Assembly (NCBI RefSeq): GCF_963921235.1
Contig: NC_086097.1
Coordinates: forward strand, 135,472,001-135,536,000
Source of the DNA: Mobula hypostoma
Taxonomy: Eukaryota
Length of the DNA: 64,000 nt
Direction: 5' to 3'
The notes beneath the pieces are model-generated. The model saw only the letters and a program-made list of their open reading frames with translations, did not search any database and was not told the origin of the DNA. A program made the position numbers and the translations under genes. This document shows, piece by piece, positions 1 through 12,492 of this stretch. Position 1 is the stretch's first letter. Every line of letters starts with the position of its first letter.

Positions 1-27
1 ATCACCTCTTCAGCTCTCACTCTAGAG

Positions 28-109
28 TAGGGGTTCCCAACCTTTTCTATGCCATGGACAGACCCCTACTATTAACTGAGGTCTGTGGATCCCAGGTTGG
101 GAACCCCTG
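28..109. mobile_element. hAT (Charlie/Buster-type) MITE, 82 bp
   Basis: TIRs (t)aggggttcccaacc / ggttgggaacccctg; perfect 8-bp TSD ctctagag at 20-27 and 110-117. Confidence 0.9.
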
Positions 110-469
110 CTCTAGAGGGCTTCAGGTCTTGCAAGTTACTGAACCATGAAACATATAATATACCAGGGTTGAAAATAATCTGATGCTCTTACTCTACAGT
201 TCCTCATGAAAGAGGCAGTACCACCTCTGAGCCACAAGCAGTAGCAGGTTGTAAGGCAAGATCAACACACTGTGGTCACATGGGCTTATTGCATGCAAAA
301 TGATTTACAGGCACCAGTCAAAACTGGATGCAAGCGAATGGTCTCCTCGCTCTGACCGTCACCCTTTCTCCATTAGTGATGCAAAAACCTTCTCCGAAGC
401 AATTCCATTCTCCTTCCTCCCACTACACACTCCAGACAGCTGCCCTCCTCCCATCTCCAAATGAGCAAA

Positions 470-745
470 CGGCACCTTAGCACAGCGCTTAGCACAACGC
501 TTTACAGTACCAGCGACCTGGGTCCAGTTTCCGCTGCTGTCTGTAAGGAGTTTGTATGTTCTCCCCGTGAACGCATGGGTTCCTCTGGGTGTTCCTGATT
601 CCAAGGACCTACCATTTGGCAGGTTAACTGGTCATTGTAAACTGTCCTGTGATTAGGCTAGGATTAAATCGGAGGATTGCTGGGCGGCACAGCTCAAAGA
701 GCTAAAAGGGCCGATTCCATGCTGTGTCTCAATTAATCAATAAAC
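470..745 (+). mobile_element. tRNA-derived SINE, HE1/V-SINE-like
   Basis: tRNA-like head, central ggagtttgtatgttctccccgtg core and LINE-like tail ending in aataaa. Related copies lie at about 18160-18355(-), 31070-31360(+), 38110-38420(-), 41090-41345(-), 43165-43395(+), 45400-45620(+), 48920-49175(+) and 53900-54155(-). Confidence 0.75.
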
Positions 746-2105
746 CCACTTCCCTCGCCAAACTAATCAACTTCAACATGAAGCAACACACACAAAATGC
801 TGGAGGAACTCCGCAAATGAAGCAGCATCTACGGAGGCACATGGACAGTCGAAGTTTTGGGTCAAGACCTCCATGTTCAAGTTCTCTGGCTGACCTGCAA
901 GCTGTCTCTATCATTGCTGCGTGATCTAACGGAAAAATCCGTCATCCCACCCATATTTCCAGATTCACTGTCTTTATGGCCTTGAGACAGACTGTGAAAG
1001 GTCAGTGGAAATGCCTCAGTTCCTTTGCCAACTATTTGTTCTCTCCAATAGTTTCATGAGGAACTATTTGTTTCTGCCAGTGAAGAAAGCCTTCTGGTGT
1101 AGGTGACTGGGTGGTGTGGGGGAAGTGAATAACCAAGATGGTGGAACAACAGAAATAAAAAGAGAAAATTCTGGTAACATTGGGCGTCAACTGTGCAAAC
1201 AGGAACAGAGTTAATATTTCAAGTCAATGACTCTTCATCAGAATCAGAGAAGTGAGAAAACCATTTTCAGAATTATTCATAATTATACTGTACTCATTTG
1301 GTGCGAACATCCTTGCATCTGATACACAAAATCATTAAACACCTTTTTGTTAAAATTATACTAAAACAATCTTCTAATTTTACCATGCAAACATCTGTTA
1401 GGTTTTATTTTAACTTGGTTTGAATGTATTGGCTTTATCTGAAACACTGTATTAAAACTTTTGATTCAAAACTAGCAGCCAAAATGGAGTTAGGATCAGG
1501 ACAGGAGCAGAAGCTTTGAAATTGATTCATGACCACTTCAATGAACCAAACCTTCATTACAGTCTTATTTATCACTTAAACCCCAACCTAAACCATACAA
1601 AAATCAACAGAGGTCATACATGAAGCGAAAACATGAACAATAACTGCACTAGGAGGTCATTTTGTATAAATTAGCATCAAGACTGGCACATTGCTGGCTG
1701 AGTGGCCTGTCTGCTCTACTGTTCCATGTTCTACTTTCTGACTGAAACACAGCTTTGTTTTTCCCTCTTTCCTCCAGCTGAAGGAATCAAACATTTTCTT
1801 CCAATAATAAAGTTCCACTTACATTATCCTGCTGAGCACTGGCAAAAGACTCAACTTTCACCCCATAGGAATTAAATATTTAAATTGGACTCCACATCTC
1901 TATCTGCCAGTCCAGAAACTTCATCACTAAAGCTGCTAGCTATCCAACAAATATTTAGTTTAAAGCCTCTTTTGGTCAGTCTTTCCCATAAAACACAGTT
2001 GTGAAAACAAATACTGTTGTCTTAATAAATTTGTTGGCTTTTGGGATGTAAATGATCTGTTAAAACCTTGAATTGAATTACATTAACTGCACAAGGAACG
2101 AATTA

Positions 2106-2767
2106 GAGTGGATTCCAGTTAAATGGGCCATTGGTTAATCGATGCAGCCGCTCATTTGGGACAATTCTTAAAAGAACAAAAACCAATTGAGAAAATGGCT
2201 GGGATTCTCTTTATTTAGGATGCTATGCCACTTAATTGTGACAGGAAACTATTGCAGAACAGTTTCTAACTAGTGTTAGCCATGTGCACTTGTGCGGCCA
2301 TTGGGCAGTGCACTGTGCTTCAAACGCCAGCTGTGTGTCCTTGTATTCAAAAAGCAATATTTGTCACTAACAGATGGAGAGAAATAAACAGCAAGACAAG
2401 TCAGAACCGCTTTGCTCTCTGCAGTTTCAAGCATTCAGGTCTGGAGATGCCAGAAATAGCCGGGAGAGAAAATGAAATGATTTCACTACCTCAACAAAAA
2501 CTATGAAGAATTTGAAGGTATCGACAATCATTTTGAATGTTACAATGAAAACGAAGAGTTGGAGAATGCAATCATCTGAAGCATTATAGAAAAGCGGCCC
2601 ATTATCCGTTCTAGGGGTCTGCGCTGGTTTTCTTCATTTATGGTTAATGAAAAGAACACAGCAGCACACACTGGATGAATTCCTCCGTTGATAACCATCA
2701 GGAACTAATTGGGGCCGTTACTTAACTGGGCCAAAATATACTGGCCCTGATGAACCAGAATCCACTG
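2106..2767 (+). mobile_element. Non-autonomous Tc1/pogo (Tigger-like) DNA transposon
   Basis: TA-flanked TIRs (c/g)agtggattcc...gaatccactg; internal sequence is homologous to 8135-8945 in the opposite orientation. Confidence 0.8.
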
Positions 2768-2799
2768 TATATTATATTGCACAAAAGAAAAAGAAAAAA

Positions 2800-3455
2800 G
2801 TGTGTACTATTCTGGTCGACTCAATACAGGAAAAACATGGAAGCTTGGAAAGAGTGCACAAAGAGGTTAACTAGGATGTTGCTTGGATTAGAGGTCATGA
2901 GCCATATAGAGCAAAGACAAACTTGCACTTTTTATTCTGGAGAATCAGAGGCTGAGGAGCGACCTGATAGAAGTTCTTTCATGTATCTCATCAAAAAACA
3001 GCAGACAGGTAGAAATGTCAAATAGTCGAGAGCATGCATTTAAGTGGGAGGTGGAAAGTTTAAAAGAGATGTGTGGAGCAAGTTTTTTTAAAAATACAGA
3101 CACAAACACAGAGTGGTAGGTGTCTAGAATGGGCTAACAGGGGAAGTGGTAGAAGCAGATGCATTAGTGGCATTTAGCAGTCTTTGAGATGGACATGAAT
3201 ATGCAGGGAATGATGAAAATATGGATCATGTACAGGCAAACCAGCTTAATTTCATACACACGAGAAATTCTGCAGATGCTGGAAATCCAAAGCAACACAC
3301 ACACACACAAAATATTGGAGGAACTTAGCAGGTCATACAGCATCTATGGAAGTGAATAAACAGTCAACATTTCAGGCTGAGATTTAACTTAATTTACATG
3401 TCATCATGTTCGACGTAGACATTGTGTGCCAAGGGGCCTGTACTGTTGTACATTA
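2800..3455 (+). mobile_element. Degenerate CR1 LINE 3' fragment with a nested Penelope-type repeat (about 3255-3385)
   Basis: Remnant of the CR1 ORF2 C-terminus (cvlFWS..yRK..e.vqKRlTRMllGLe) plus 3' UTR. Confidence 0.65.
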
Positions 3456-4689
3456 ATGCATTTCTATAAATGGAACATTTCCCCATCTTAGTAGTTAGAA
3501 GTGTGTTTTCTACACAAAACAGTAGGATGAGTTATGTAAACATTACAATATTTTGGGTTTACAGTGCTTGAAATTGTTGAATCAATCTGATGCATTGTGG
3601 AGTAGCTTAAAGTTGGTGTATACATAATTATATTTCCAATGTGCTCAGAAGATGATGGAAACATTTTTTTAATTTTAAATTTTCAAGTTTGTGAAGATGA
3701 AATATATAAATACATTGGAAAAAAAAACCTGTTTCACAACACACAAACGTACTGACATCAGGATGAAGATTTCACTTCCATTATACCCTGGAGACAATTG
3801 GAGTGGAAAACCTGCTACTTCATATTATTTAGATGCTTAAACGCTAACACACAATTTGATATCCAGTCAATTATCTCCAGTGCTTGTGTTAAGGAAACCA
3901 TTGATAGAGCATAACAATAAACAGCTGGGCGAATCAGAGGATCAGGTAGCATCTGTAAAGGCAAAGGGATATCAGTATTTTGAGTTGACCCTGCAACAGG
4001 ATCCTTTGCCTCCGCAGATGTTGTCTGACCTGCTGAGTTCCTCTAGCAGATTGATTTTTTTTTGCTCCAGATTCCTGGTTCTGCAGTCTCTTGTGAAGTA
4101 ATTTCGGGCACTGAATGTCATTATATTCAGGACTTAAGCAATTCAATAGTTAATTTTGGATTTAAATATTTTCAAAGGGACATCCATCATTAAGGATCTT
4201 CGCCATCTGGGATGTGTTCTCTTCTCGTTCCTGTCATGGGGGGGGGGGGGTGGTGGTGGTGTTTGGTACAGCAGTCTGAAGTGATTCAAAAACAGCTTTT
4301 TTCCCCTTCCACTATCAGGTTTCTGAACGGTCCATGAACCCAACCTTAAAATTCCTTCTTCTTGTGCTATCTGTTTTGGTAATTCTTAGTAACTTCGTCT
4401 CGGTATGGCATACAACAAAGTTCACAAAGTCAGTGTTAATAATTCCACTTCAAATGTTGATTCTGAGTAATTCCAAGTTATAAGAAAACAAATTTATTTC
4501 CTTTTCCCATCTATCTTGTTAGAAACTGCCTCTTTGGGCTATTCTTTAAAAACACGTATTTTGTCATGAATCATTTTAAAATCTGGACCATATAATAATT
4601 AGTACAGTTTAGTTCTTGAGTCAGAAGTGATCCAACCCCATTCCAGGCCTTGGGCACATGGTCTAGATCAGTGGTCCCCAGACTGCTTG

Positions 4690-5318
4690 AATGGGACAGC
4701 TTTTCTGAACATCTACGCTCTGTCCGCCAGAGAAAGCAGGATCTCCCAGTGCCACACATTTTAATTCCACATCCCATTCCCAGTCTGACATGTCTATCCA
4801 CAGCCTCCTCTACTGTAAAGATGAAGCCACACTCAGGTTGGAGGAACAACACCCTATATTCCGTCTGGGTAGCCTCCAACCTGATGGCATGAACATTGAC
4901 TTCTCTAACTTCCGCTAATGCCCCACCTCCCCCTCGTACCCCATCCGTTGTTTATTTTTACACACACATTCTTTCTCTCACTGTCCTTTTTCTCCCTCTG
5001 TCCCTCTGACTATACTCCTTGCCCATCCTTTAGGTTTTCCCCTCCCCCTTGTCTTTCTCCCCGGGCCTCCTATCCCATGATCCTCTCATATCCCCTTTGC
5101 CAATCACCTGTCCAGCTCTTGGCTCCATCCCTCCCCCTCCTGTCTTCTCCTATCATTTTGGATCTCCTCCTCCCCCTCCCACTTTCAAGTCTCTTACCAA
5201 CTCTTCCTTCAGTTAGTCCTGACGAAGGGTCTCGGCCTGAAATGTTGACTGTACCTCTTCCTAGAGATGCTGCCTGGCCTGCTGCGTTCACCAGCAACTT
5301 TGATGTGTGCTGCTTGAA
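4690..5318 (+). mobile_element. Penelope-like element 3' fragment (GIY-YIG endonuclease end plus terminal repeat)
   Basis: Translates to FSEHLRSVRQRKQDLPV and, after a frameshift, HFNSTSHS and LEEQHPIFRLGSLQPDGMNIDFSNF; followed by a pyrimidine-rich tract and a hammerhead-containing repeat. Confidence 0.85.
5215..5250 (+). ncRNA. Minimal type I hammerhead ribozyme motif (Penelope-associated)
   Basis: AGTC-CTGACGA-agggtctcggcct-GAAA-TGTT-GACT; both core boxes intact and stem I AGUC/GACU pairs. Confidence 0.7.
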
Positions 5319-6013
5319 TGAGTGATGGCTCTATTTATCCATGCTTGGTAAAATATTCACCTACCCACCATTGCACTGAACGGCTGATGACGTCATTGGT
5401 TCTCCCTTTGATGAAGTAGGGTGGGGAGGTGGGACAGTGCCTCGGAGGCTGCTGCCAGCCCCAAAGTCGAGGCAACTAGAATCATAGAGTTGTGGAATGA
5501 AACCACACCCTTCGGCCCAGTTTCTCCATGCTGACCAGGGGTTCTCCCATTTGATCGATATCTGTCCAAACCTTTCCTATCCACGTAATTGTCCAAATGC
5601 ACCAGGTACTTTATGCTTCTACTAAATTATGAGTTTTAACTACATTACCCCAATATCAGAAAAACCCCAGACTTCCTCCCACCCCATTCCTTTATAGGTC
5701 TTTTGCTCACATTTGTTTGAGAGCCAAAGTTGGGGCTAACATGGAACATCACAGTATCATACACAAAGTGCTGGATGAACTCAGCAGGCCAGGCAGTATC
5801 TATGGAAAAAAGTACAATCATAGCATGTTTGCCATGTTCCTGGGACTGCTGCTCTTCAGACATGTCACAAAGCCCAAGAATGGACAGGACAGGAAAGATT
5901 TAGAGGTATGTGGGACACACAGAGGCAAATACGAAGCTACATTGGTCAGTGTGCATGAATTGTGCAGACGGGCCTATTTCTGTGCTGAATTACCCTATGT
6001 CAGTGATTCATCG

Positions 6014-6049
6014 AGTCCTGATGAAGGGTCTCGGACTGAAACGTCAACT
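6014..6049 (+). ncRNA. Minimal type I hammerhead ribozyme motif
   Basis: AGTC-CTGATGA-agggtctcggact-GAAACGTC-AACT; core intact, with mismatches in stems I and II. Confidence 0.65.
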
Positions 6050-7069
6050 GTTTATTCTTTTCCATAGATGGTATCAGACCTGCTGAGTTTCTCCAGCATC
6101 TTGTGTGTCACAATAAACCCGATTCCAAAGAAGACTTAAATATTAGGAGGTACCAGAAACTTACTGTTTCAATTTAATAAACAAAATGTCACTGCTTTTC
6201 TACATCGGCACTCCTGTTCAGTATTCAAAGATTGCCTAGAAGTTTGGAAAATTTTGTATTAAGATTTCAGCTCAGCCTTGAACATTTGAAAAGGAAGATG
6301 AATGTTAAAGCCAAGAGCCAAATGAAAGCAGAAAGGTGGACACAAACAAAACACCGGAGGAACTCAGCAGGCCAGGAGCGTCTATGGAAAAAGAGTGAAC
6401 AGTCGACGTTTCGGGCCGAGACCCTTCTTCTGGTAGACACGCGGTTCCTTTGGCAAGTCAGAGCAGAAGGGATATGGCAGCGTGGTGAAATGCATGGGGA
6501 GTTGGTGCTGTTTGCACTCGAAAAGATAATGCTGCTGTTCAGGCCAATAAACTTCCGAAACTATGGAAGCACTGCAGATGAAGATGTTTCAGTTGTAGGG
6601 GTGCAGAAGGCCAGTACTGAGTGTCTAAAGCATAATCATTAATCATCTTCCACGGAATTCTGCACTCCAGAAGGCCGTGGGGGCTCAGTGTTTCATCTCA
6701 GTCTGATAATTAGCCATTAAGGGAAACAAGGGATACAGGGTCAGTGCAGGAAGGAAAAGCTGTGATAAAGGATCTTAATTGAACGATGGATCTGGCTTAA
6801 GGGTGTCAAATACACAAAAATTAGCTCTGTTGAATCCCAACTCAGAAAGAACAACTTGTTACTTACACAGGGTAGTGGAGGCAATTAACACAGGAGCATT
6901 TGAGGGGAGGTTAGATAAACACACGAAGGTGGAAGATGGCAGACTACCATTTGCCAGAGGTTCTTTAAGAATGATGAGAGGGACTGCCATGAAGGTAAAG
7001 GTGGAAATGAACCAGATTCGGACAATATTTCTCTAATATAATTGGGTACTAAAACTACAATGAGATGAA

Positions 7070-7530
7070 GCTGTTGGTATTATTAAACCAGCTGACCAGC
7101 TACATCATGGCTTCGTATGGAACTCCAATGCACAGGAACACTAGAGGCTACAGAGAGTGGTGGGCTCAGCCAGCTGCGTTGTGGGTACAGCTCTTCCCAC
7201 TAAGGACATCTACAAAGGGTTGACGTTTCAGGAAGGTGACATCTATCATCAGGGTAGGAAGTGAAGGAGCTCAAAGACCTACTCCTCGTTCAAAAAGTTT
7301 CTTCTCCACTGACATTCGGTTCTTGAACGACCCAAAAAACTCTAATTCTACCTTGAACGACATTTCTTTCCCTTCCTCAATCTTGTACTTGTGTCATTTG
7401 TCCTTTCTTGCACGGGTGTAAATTATAAGTGACTTGTGTTTGTTCTCGTCTTGTAATACACTGGGCTGATGCAGCTAAGAGCTCACTTTCAAGGCACTTA
7501 CTATGGATAGCTATGACAACAAACTTGCAT
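7070..7530 (+). mobile_element. Degenerate Rex/Babar-type LINE 3' fragment
   Basis: Remnant of the C-terminal region (..rLQRVVgsA..i.G..LP) and 3' UTR; a similar fragment lies at about 4170-4440. Confidence 0.6.
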
Positions 7531-7644
7531 TGCTGATTTTACTATAAAACTGGTGTAAAACTTGATTATTATGAGATGGGAAGCTATTTGGTCTCGTGCA
7601 TTCCTATACCTCTTCTATTTTGCATTTCTCTGTAATGTATTCTG

Positions 7645-7726
7645 CAGGGGTTCCCAACCTGGGGTTCACTGACCCCTCGGATAACAGTCAAGGTCCATGG
7701 CATGAAAAGAAGACTTGGAATCCCTG
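7645..7726. mobile_element. hAT MITE, same family as 28-109
   Basis: caggggttcccaacc...ttggaatccctg; a third degenerate copy lies at about 48737-48787. Confidence 0.75.
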
Positions 7727-8134
7727 CTTTAAAGGCCCATCAACACGCCTTTGATCCTTGTTCCAATTGCCTACATTACAGGGTTATATACGATTTAGAT
7801 AAACCACTTTTATGTTGGCACAGAAGAGGGTGAGTCTGGCTCTGTTGAAGTAAACCAATCCACCTGCTACACAAAAAAAAAAGGTTAATATAATTCTGTG
7901 TTTCCAACACAAAACAGCCCATGTTGAGACAAAGCTGCTGATGGACTTCATGTTCAACATTACTTTGGTGCAGTTCCGATCACTCACGGATATCACAAAC
8001 TTACGCTGAACTGCACTTTGGTAATGCATAGGTGACGTAACAGTACAGGAGGAACAGAGCACAAGATCAAGATGGCTGTGATAAATGCTAGAAACTCAGA
8101 GTCTGCCTCCACTCTGCTTGCCCTCAATATACTA

Positions 8135-8945
8135 CAGTGGATTCCCGTTAACTGGAACGCATTGGGACCAGTACATTTTGGCCCCATGAAGTGCTGCTCT
8201 TTTTAGCTAGTTTCATGGAAAAGGTTAAAAAGGTATAAAAAGACAAACTACTATTTAACTAAGTAACAAATTATATATTTAAATGAAATACAGAACAGAT
8301 TAGAACACTATCAATACTACTACAATAGTATTAGTGTACAGAATTATAAAACTGTATTAGTTCCAAATAGTTAGATATGGAAGAATTCATCCAGTCGACA
8401 CTGAAGTGTTCTTTTGATTAACTGTAAATTAACAAAATTAGTGCAGACATCTAGTGCAGATAATGGATTGCCTTCATACAATGCTTTAAATGATTACATC
8501 CTCCAAATCCTTTTCACCATAACATTCAAGGTGATTGTCGATACCTCAAAATTCATCGTAGTTCCTAACTTGAAGTAGTAAAATTGTTTCACATTCACTC
8601 CCAGCCGTTCCTTGCACCTCTAAGCCTTAATGCTTGAAACTGCAGTGAGCAAAAAGTCCTGAATTGTCTTTCTGCTTATTTCTCACCAACTACTAATGAC
8701 AAAATCCACTTCTCTTTGAAGTAAACACATGCAACTGACACTATTTAAAAACTATACACTCTAAGCACAGTGTAGTGTCTAATGACCACAAAAGTGCACG
8801 TGACTGACGCTAGTTAGAAACTGTTTAGTGACAGCGTCCTGTCCCACTTAAGCAGCATCATGTTCCAAATAAACAAAGGGAATCCGGGCTATTTTCTCAA
8901 TTGATTTTTGTTGTTTAAAAGTTGCCCATTAACCAGAATCTACTG
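8135..8945 (-). mobile_element. Non-autonomous Tigger-like DNA transposon inserted in a pseudo-exon
   Basis: TIRs cagtggattcc / gaatctactg; TA duplication at 8133-8134 and 8946-8947. Confidence 0.85.
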
Positions 8946-9469
8946 TATATTTTACTGAATTTCTGAACTCCACAAATGAAGGACTGCAATTAACAGCATC
9001 ACCTGACAACCGGAGATACCATTTAATTTCAAATCAGTGCCAGACCAAAGAGGATTGCAGTGATATATGCAACAGAAAAGTTTTAATAACCTATATTTTG
9101 TGATCTTTACATTTGGGGGTTATCAGAATTCTCCACCTTCTTTTGGTTAATATTAAACTGGCCGATTCAAAGTTGTATTGGCGTATTATAGAATCTTACA
9201 GCAATCCATTGCATTGATTCTAGGGCTTCGAATCAGTCAAGTGCTATTGAGTTGGTGATTAACTGACCAGCTCTCTCACTGAGTTATGTTTTACCAACAA
9301 TTTTCTCTTGCTACTGCAGAGACACTTGAGCAGAGAAAGTCAAACAGTACTATTCTTTTCTCATACACTAATAAACATTCTTTTCCTGTAATAGAAACAT
9401 AGAAACATAGAAAATAGGTGCAGGAGTAGGCCATTCGGCCCTTCGAGCCTGCACCGCCATTTATTATGA

Positions 9470-12400
9470 TCATGGCTGATCATCCAACTCAGAACCCAGC
9501 CTTCCCTCCATACCCCCGACCCCTGTAGCCACAAGGGCCATATCTAACTTCCTTTTAAACATAGCTAATGAACTGGCCTCAACAGTTTGCTGTGGCAGAG
9601 AATTCCACAGATTCACCACTCTCTGTGTGAAGAAGTTTTTCCTAATCTCGGTCCTAAAAGGCTTCCCCTCTATCCTCAAACTGTGACCCCTCGTTCTGGA
9701 CCTCCCCAACATCGGGAACAATCTTCCCGCATCTAGCCTGTCCAATCCCTTTAGGATCTTATACGTTTCAATCAGATCCCCCCTCAATCTTCTAAATTCC
9801 AACGAGTACAAGCCCAGTTCATCCAGTCTTTCTTCATATGAAAGACCTGCCATCCCAGGAATCAATCTGGTGAACCTTCTTTGTACTCCCTCTATGGCAA
9901 AGATGTCTTTCCTCAGATTAGGGGACCAAAACTGCACACAATACTCCAGGTGTGGTCTCACCAAGGCCTTGTACAACTGCAGTAGTACCTCCCTGCTCCT
10001 GTACTCGAATCCTCTCGCTATAAATGCCAGCATACCGTTCGCCTTTTTCACCGCCTGCTGTACCTGCATGCCCACTTTCAATGACTGGTGTATAATGACA
10101 CCCAGGTCTCGTTGCACCTCCCCTTTTCCTAATCGGCCACCATTCAGATAATAATCTGTTTTCCTATTTTTGCCACCAAAGTGGATAACTTCACATTTAT
10201 CCACATTAAATTGCATCTGCCACGAGTTTGCCCACTCACCCAACCTATCCAAGTCACCCTGCATCCTCTTAGCATCCTCCTCACTGCTAACACTGCCACC
10301 CAGTTTCGTGTCATCCGCAAACTTGGAGATGCTGCATTTAATTCCCTCATCCAAGTCATTAATATATATTGTAAACAACTGGGGTCCCAGCACTGAGCCT
10401 TGCGGTACCCCACTAGTCACCGCCTGCCATTCTGAAAAGGTCCCGTTTATTCCCACTCTTTGCTTCCTGTCTGCTAACCAATTCTCCACCCACACCAATA
10501 CCTTACCCCCAATACCGTGTGCTTTACGTTTGCACACTAATCTCCTGTGTGGGACCTTGTCAAAAGCCTTTTGAAAATCCAAATATACCACATCCACTGG
10601 TTCTCCCCTATCCACTCTACTAGTTACATCCTCAAAAAATTCTATGAGATTCGTCAGACATGATTTTCCTTTCACAAATCCATGCTGACTTTGTCCGATC
10701 ATTTCACCGCTTTCCAAATGTGCTGTTATCACATCCTTGATAACTGACTCCAGCAGTTTCCCCACCACCGACGTTAGGCTAACCGGCCTATAATTCCCCG
10801 GTTTCTCTCTCCCTCCTTTTTTAAAAAGTGGGGTTACATTAGCCACCCTCCAATCCTCAGGAACTAGTCCAGAATCTAACGAGTTTTGAAAAATTATCAC
10901 TAATGCATCCACTATTTCTTGGGCTACTTCCTTAAGCACTCTGGGATGCAGACCATCTGGCCCTGGGGATTTATCTGCCTTCAATCCCTTCAATTTACCT
11001 AACACCACTTCCCTACTAACATGTATTTCGCTCAGTTCCTCCATCTCACTGGACCCTCTGTCCCTTACTATTTCTGGAAGATTATTTATGTCCTCCTTAG
11101 TGAAGACAGAACCAAAGTAATTATTCAATTGGTCTGCCATGTCCTTGCTCCCCATAATCAATTCACCTGTTTCTGTTTGCAGGGGACCTACATTTGTCTT
11201 TATCAGTCTTTTCCTTTTTACATATCTATAAAAGCTTTTACAGTCCGTTTTTATGTTCCCTGCCAGTTTTCTCTCATAATCTTTTTTCCCCTTCCTAATT
11301 AAGCCCTTTGTCCTCCTCTGCTGAACTCTGAATTTCTCCCAGTCCTCAGGTGAGCCACTTTCTCTGGCTAATTTGTATGCTACTTCTTTGGAATTGATAC
11401 TATCCCTAATTTCTCTTGTCAGCCACGGGTGCACTACCTTCCTTGATTTATTCTTTTGCCAAACTGGGATGAACAATTGTTGTAGTTCATCCATGCAACC
11501 TTTAAATGCCTGCCATTGCATATCCACCGTCAATCCTTTAAGTGTCATTTGCCAGTCTATCTTAGCTAATTCACGACTCATACCTTCAAAGTTACCCCTC
11601 TTTAAGTTCAGAACCTTTGTTTCTGAATTAACTACGTCACTCTCCATGTTAATGAAGAATTCCACCATATTATGGTCACTCTTACCCAAGGGGCCTCTCA
11701 CGACAAGATCGCTAATTAACCCTTCCTCATTGCTCAAAACCCAGTCCAGAATAGCCTGCTGTCTAGTCGGTTCCTCGACATGTTGGTTCAAAAAACCATC
11801 CCGCATACATTCCAAGAAATCCTCTTCCTCAGCACCTTTACCAATTTGGTTCACCCAGTCTACATGTAGATTGAAGTCACCCATTATAACTGCTGTTCCT
11901 TTATTGCACACATTTCTAATTTCCTGTTTAATACCATCTCCGACCTCACTACTACTGTTAGGTGGCCTGTACACAACTCCCACCAGCGTCTTCTGCCCCT
12001 TAGTGTTACGCAGCTCTACCCATTTCGATTCCACATCTTCCCGGCTTATGTCCTTCCTTTCTATTGCGTTAATCTCCTCTCTAACCAGCAACGCCACCCC
12101 ACCTCCCCTTCCTTCATGTCTATCCCTCCTGAATATTGAATATCCCTGAACGTTGAGCTCCCATCCCTGGTCACCCTGGAGCCATGTCTCTGTGATCCCA
12201 ACTATATCATAATCATTAATAACAATCTGCACTTTCAATTCATCCACCTTATTACGAATGCTCCTTGCATTGACACATAAAGCCTTCAGGCGCTCTTTTA
12301 CAACTCTCTTAGCCCTTTTTAATGCTTGCCCTGGATTTGTCGGCCTGCCACTTTTACTTTTCTCCTTTGTACTTTTTGCTTCTACGCTCACTTTACACCC

Positions 12401-12487
12401 CTCTGTCTCTCTGCACTGGTTCCCATCCCTCTGTTGTGAACTAACCTCCTCACACCTAGCCTCTTTAATTTGATTCCCACCCCCCAA
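9470..12487 (-). CDS. CR1 ORF2: apurinic endonuclease plus reverse transcriptase
   Basis: 1005-codon ORF with EN motifs (NARS, ITETW, YRPP, GDFN, SDH) and RT motifs (KSPGPDG, YRPVSL, DFQKAFD, GVPQGSVLGP, FADD). The annotated start is TTG, not ATG. A probable 1-nt deletion alters the last ~15 codons. Confidence 0.95.
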   Translation of the reverse strand: MGGGNQIKEARCEEVSSQQRDGNQCRETEGCKVSVEAKSTKEKSKSGRPTNPGQALKRAKRVVKERLKALCVNARSIRNKVDELKVQIVINDYDIVGITETWLQGDQGWELNVQGYSIFRRDRHEGRGGGVALLVREEINAIERKDISREDVESKWVELRNTKGQKTLVGVVYRPPNSSSEVGDGIKQEIRNVCNKGTAVIMGDFNLHVDWVNQIGKGAEEEDFLECMRDGFLNQHVEEPTRQQAILDWVLSNEEGLISDLVVRGPLGKSDHNMVEFFINMESDVVNSETKVLNLKRGNFEGMSRELAKIDWQMTLKGLTVDMQWQAFKGCMDELQQLFIPVWQKNKSRKVVHPWLTREIRDSINSKEVAYKLARESGSPEDWEKFRVQQRRTKGLIRKGKKDYERKLAGNIKTDCKSFYRYVKRKRLIKTNVGPLQTETGELIMGSKDMADQLNNYFGSVFTKEDINNLPEIVRDRGSSEMEELSEIHVSREVVLGKLKGLKADKSPGPDGLHPRVLKEVAQEIVDALVIIFQNSLDSGLVPEDWRVANVTPLFKKGGREKPGNYRPVSLTSVVGKLLESVIKDVITAHLESGEMIGQSQHGFVKGKSCLTNLIEFFEDVTSRVDRGEPVDVVYLDFQKAFDKVPHRRLVCKRKAHGIGGKVLVWVENWLADRKQRVGINGTFSEWQAVTSGVPQGSVLGPQLFTIYINDLDEGIKCSISKFADDTKLGGSVSSEEDAKRMQGDLDRLGEWANSWQMQFNVDKCEVIHFGGKNRKTDYYLNGGRLGKGEVQRDLGVIIHQSLKVGMQVQQAVKKANGMLAFIARGFEYRSREVLLQLYKALVRPHLEYCVQFWSPNLRKDIFAIEGVQRRFTRLIPGMAGLSYEERLDELGLYSLEFRRLRGDLIETYKILKGLDRLDAGRLFPMLGRSRTRGHSLRIEGKPFRTEIRKNFFTQRVVNLWNSLPQQTVEASSLAMFKRKLDMALVATGVGGMEGRLGSELDDQP

Positions 12488-12492
12488 CCATT

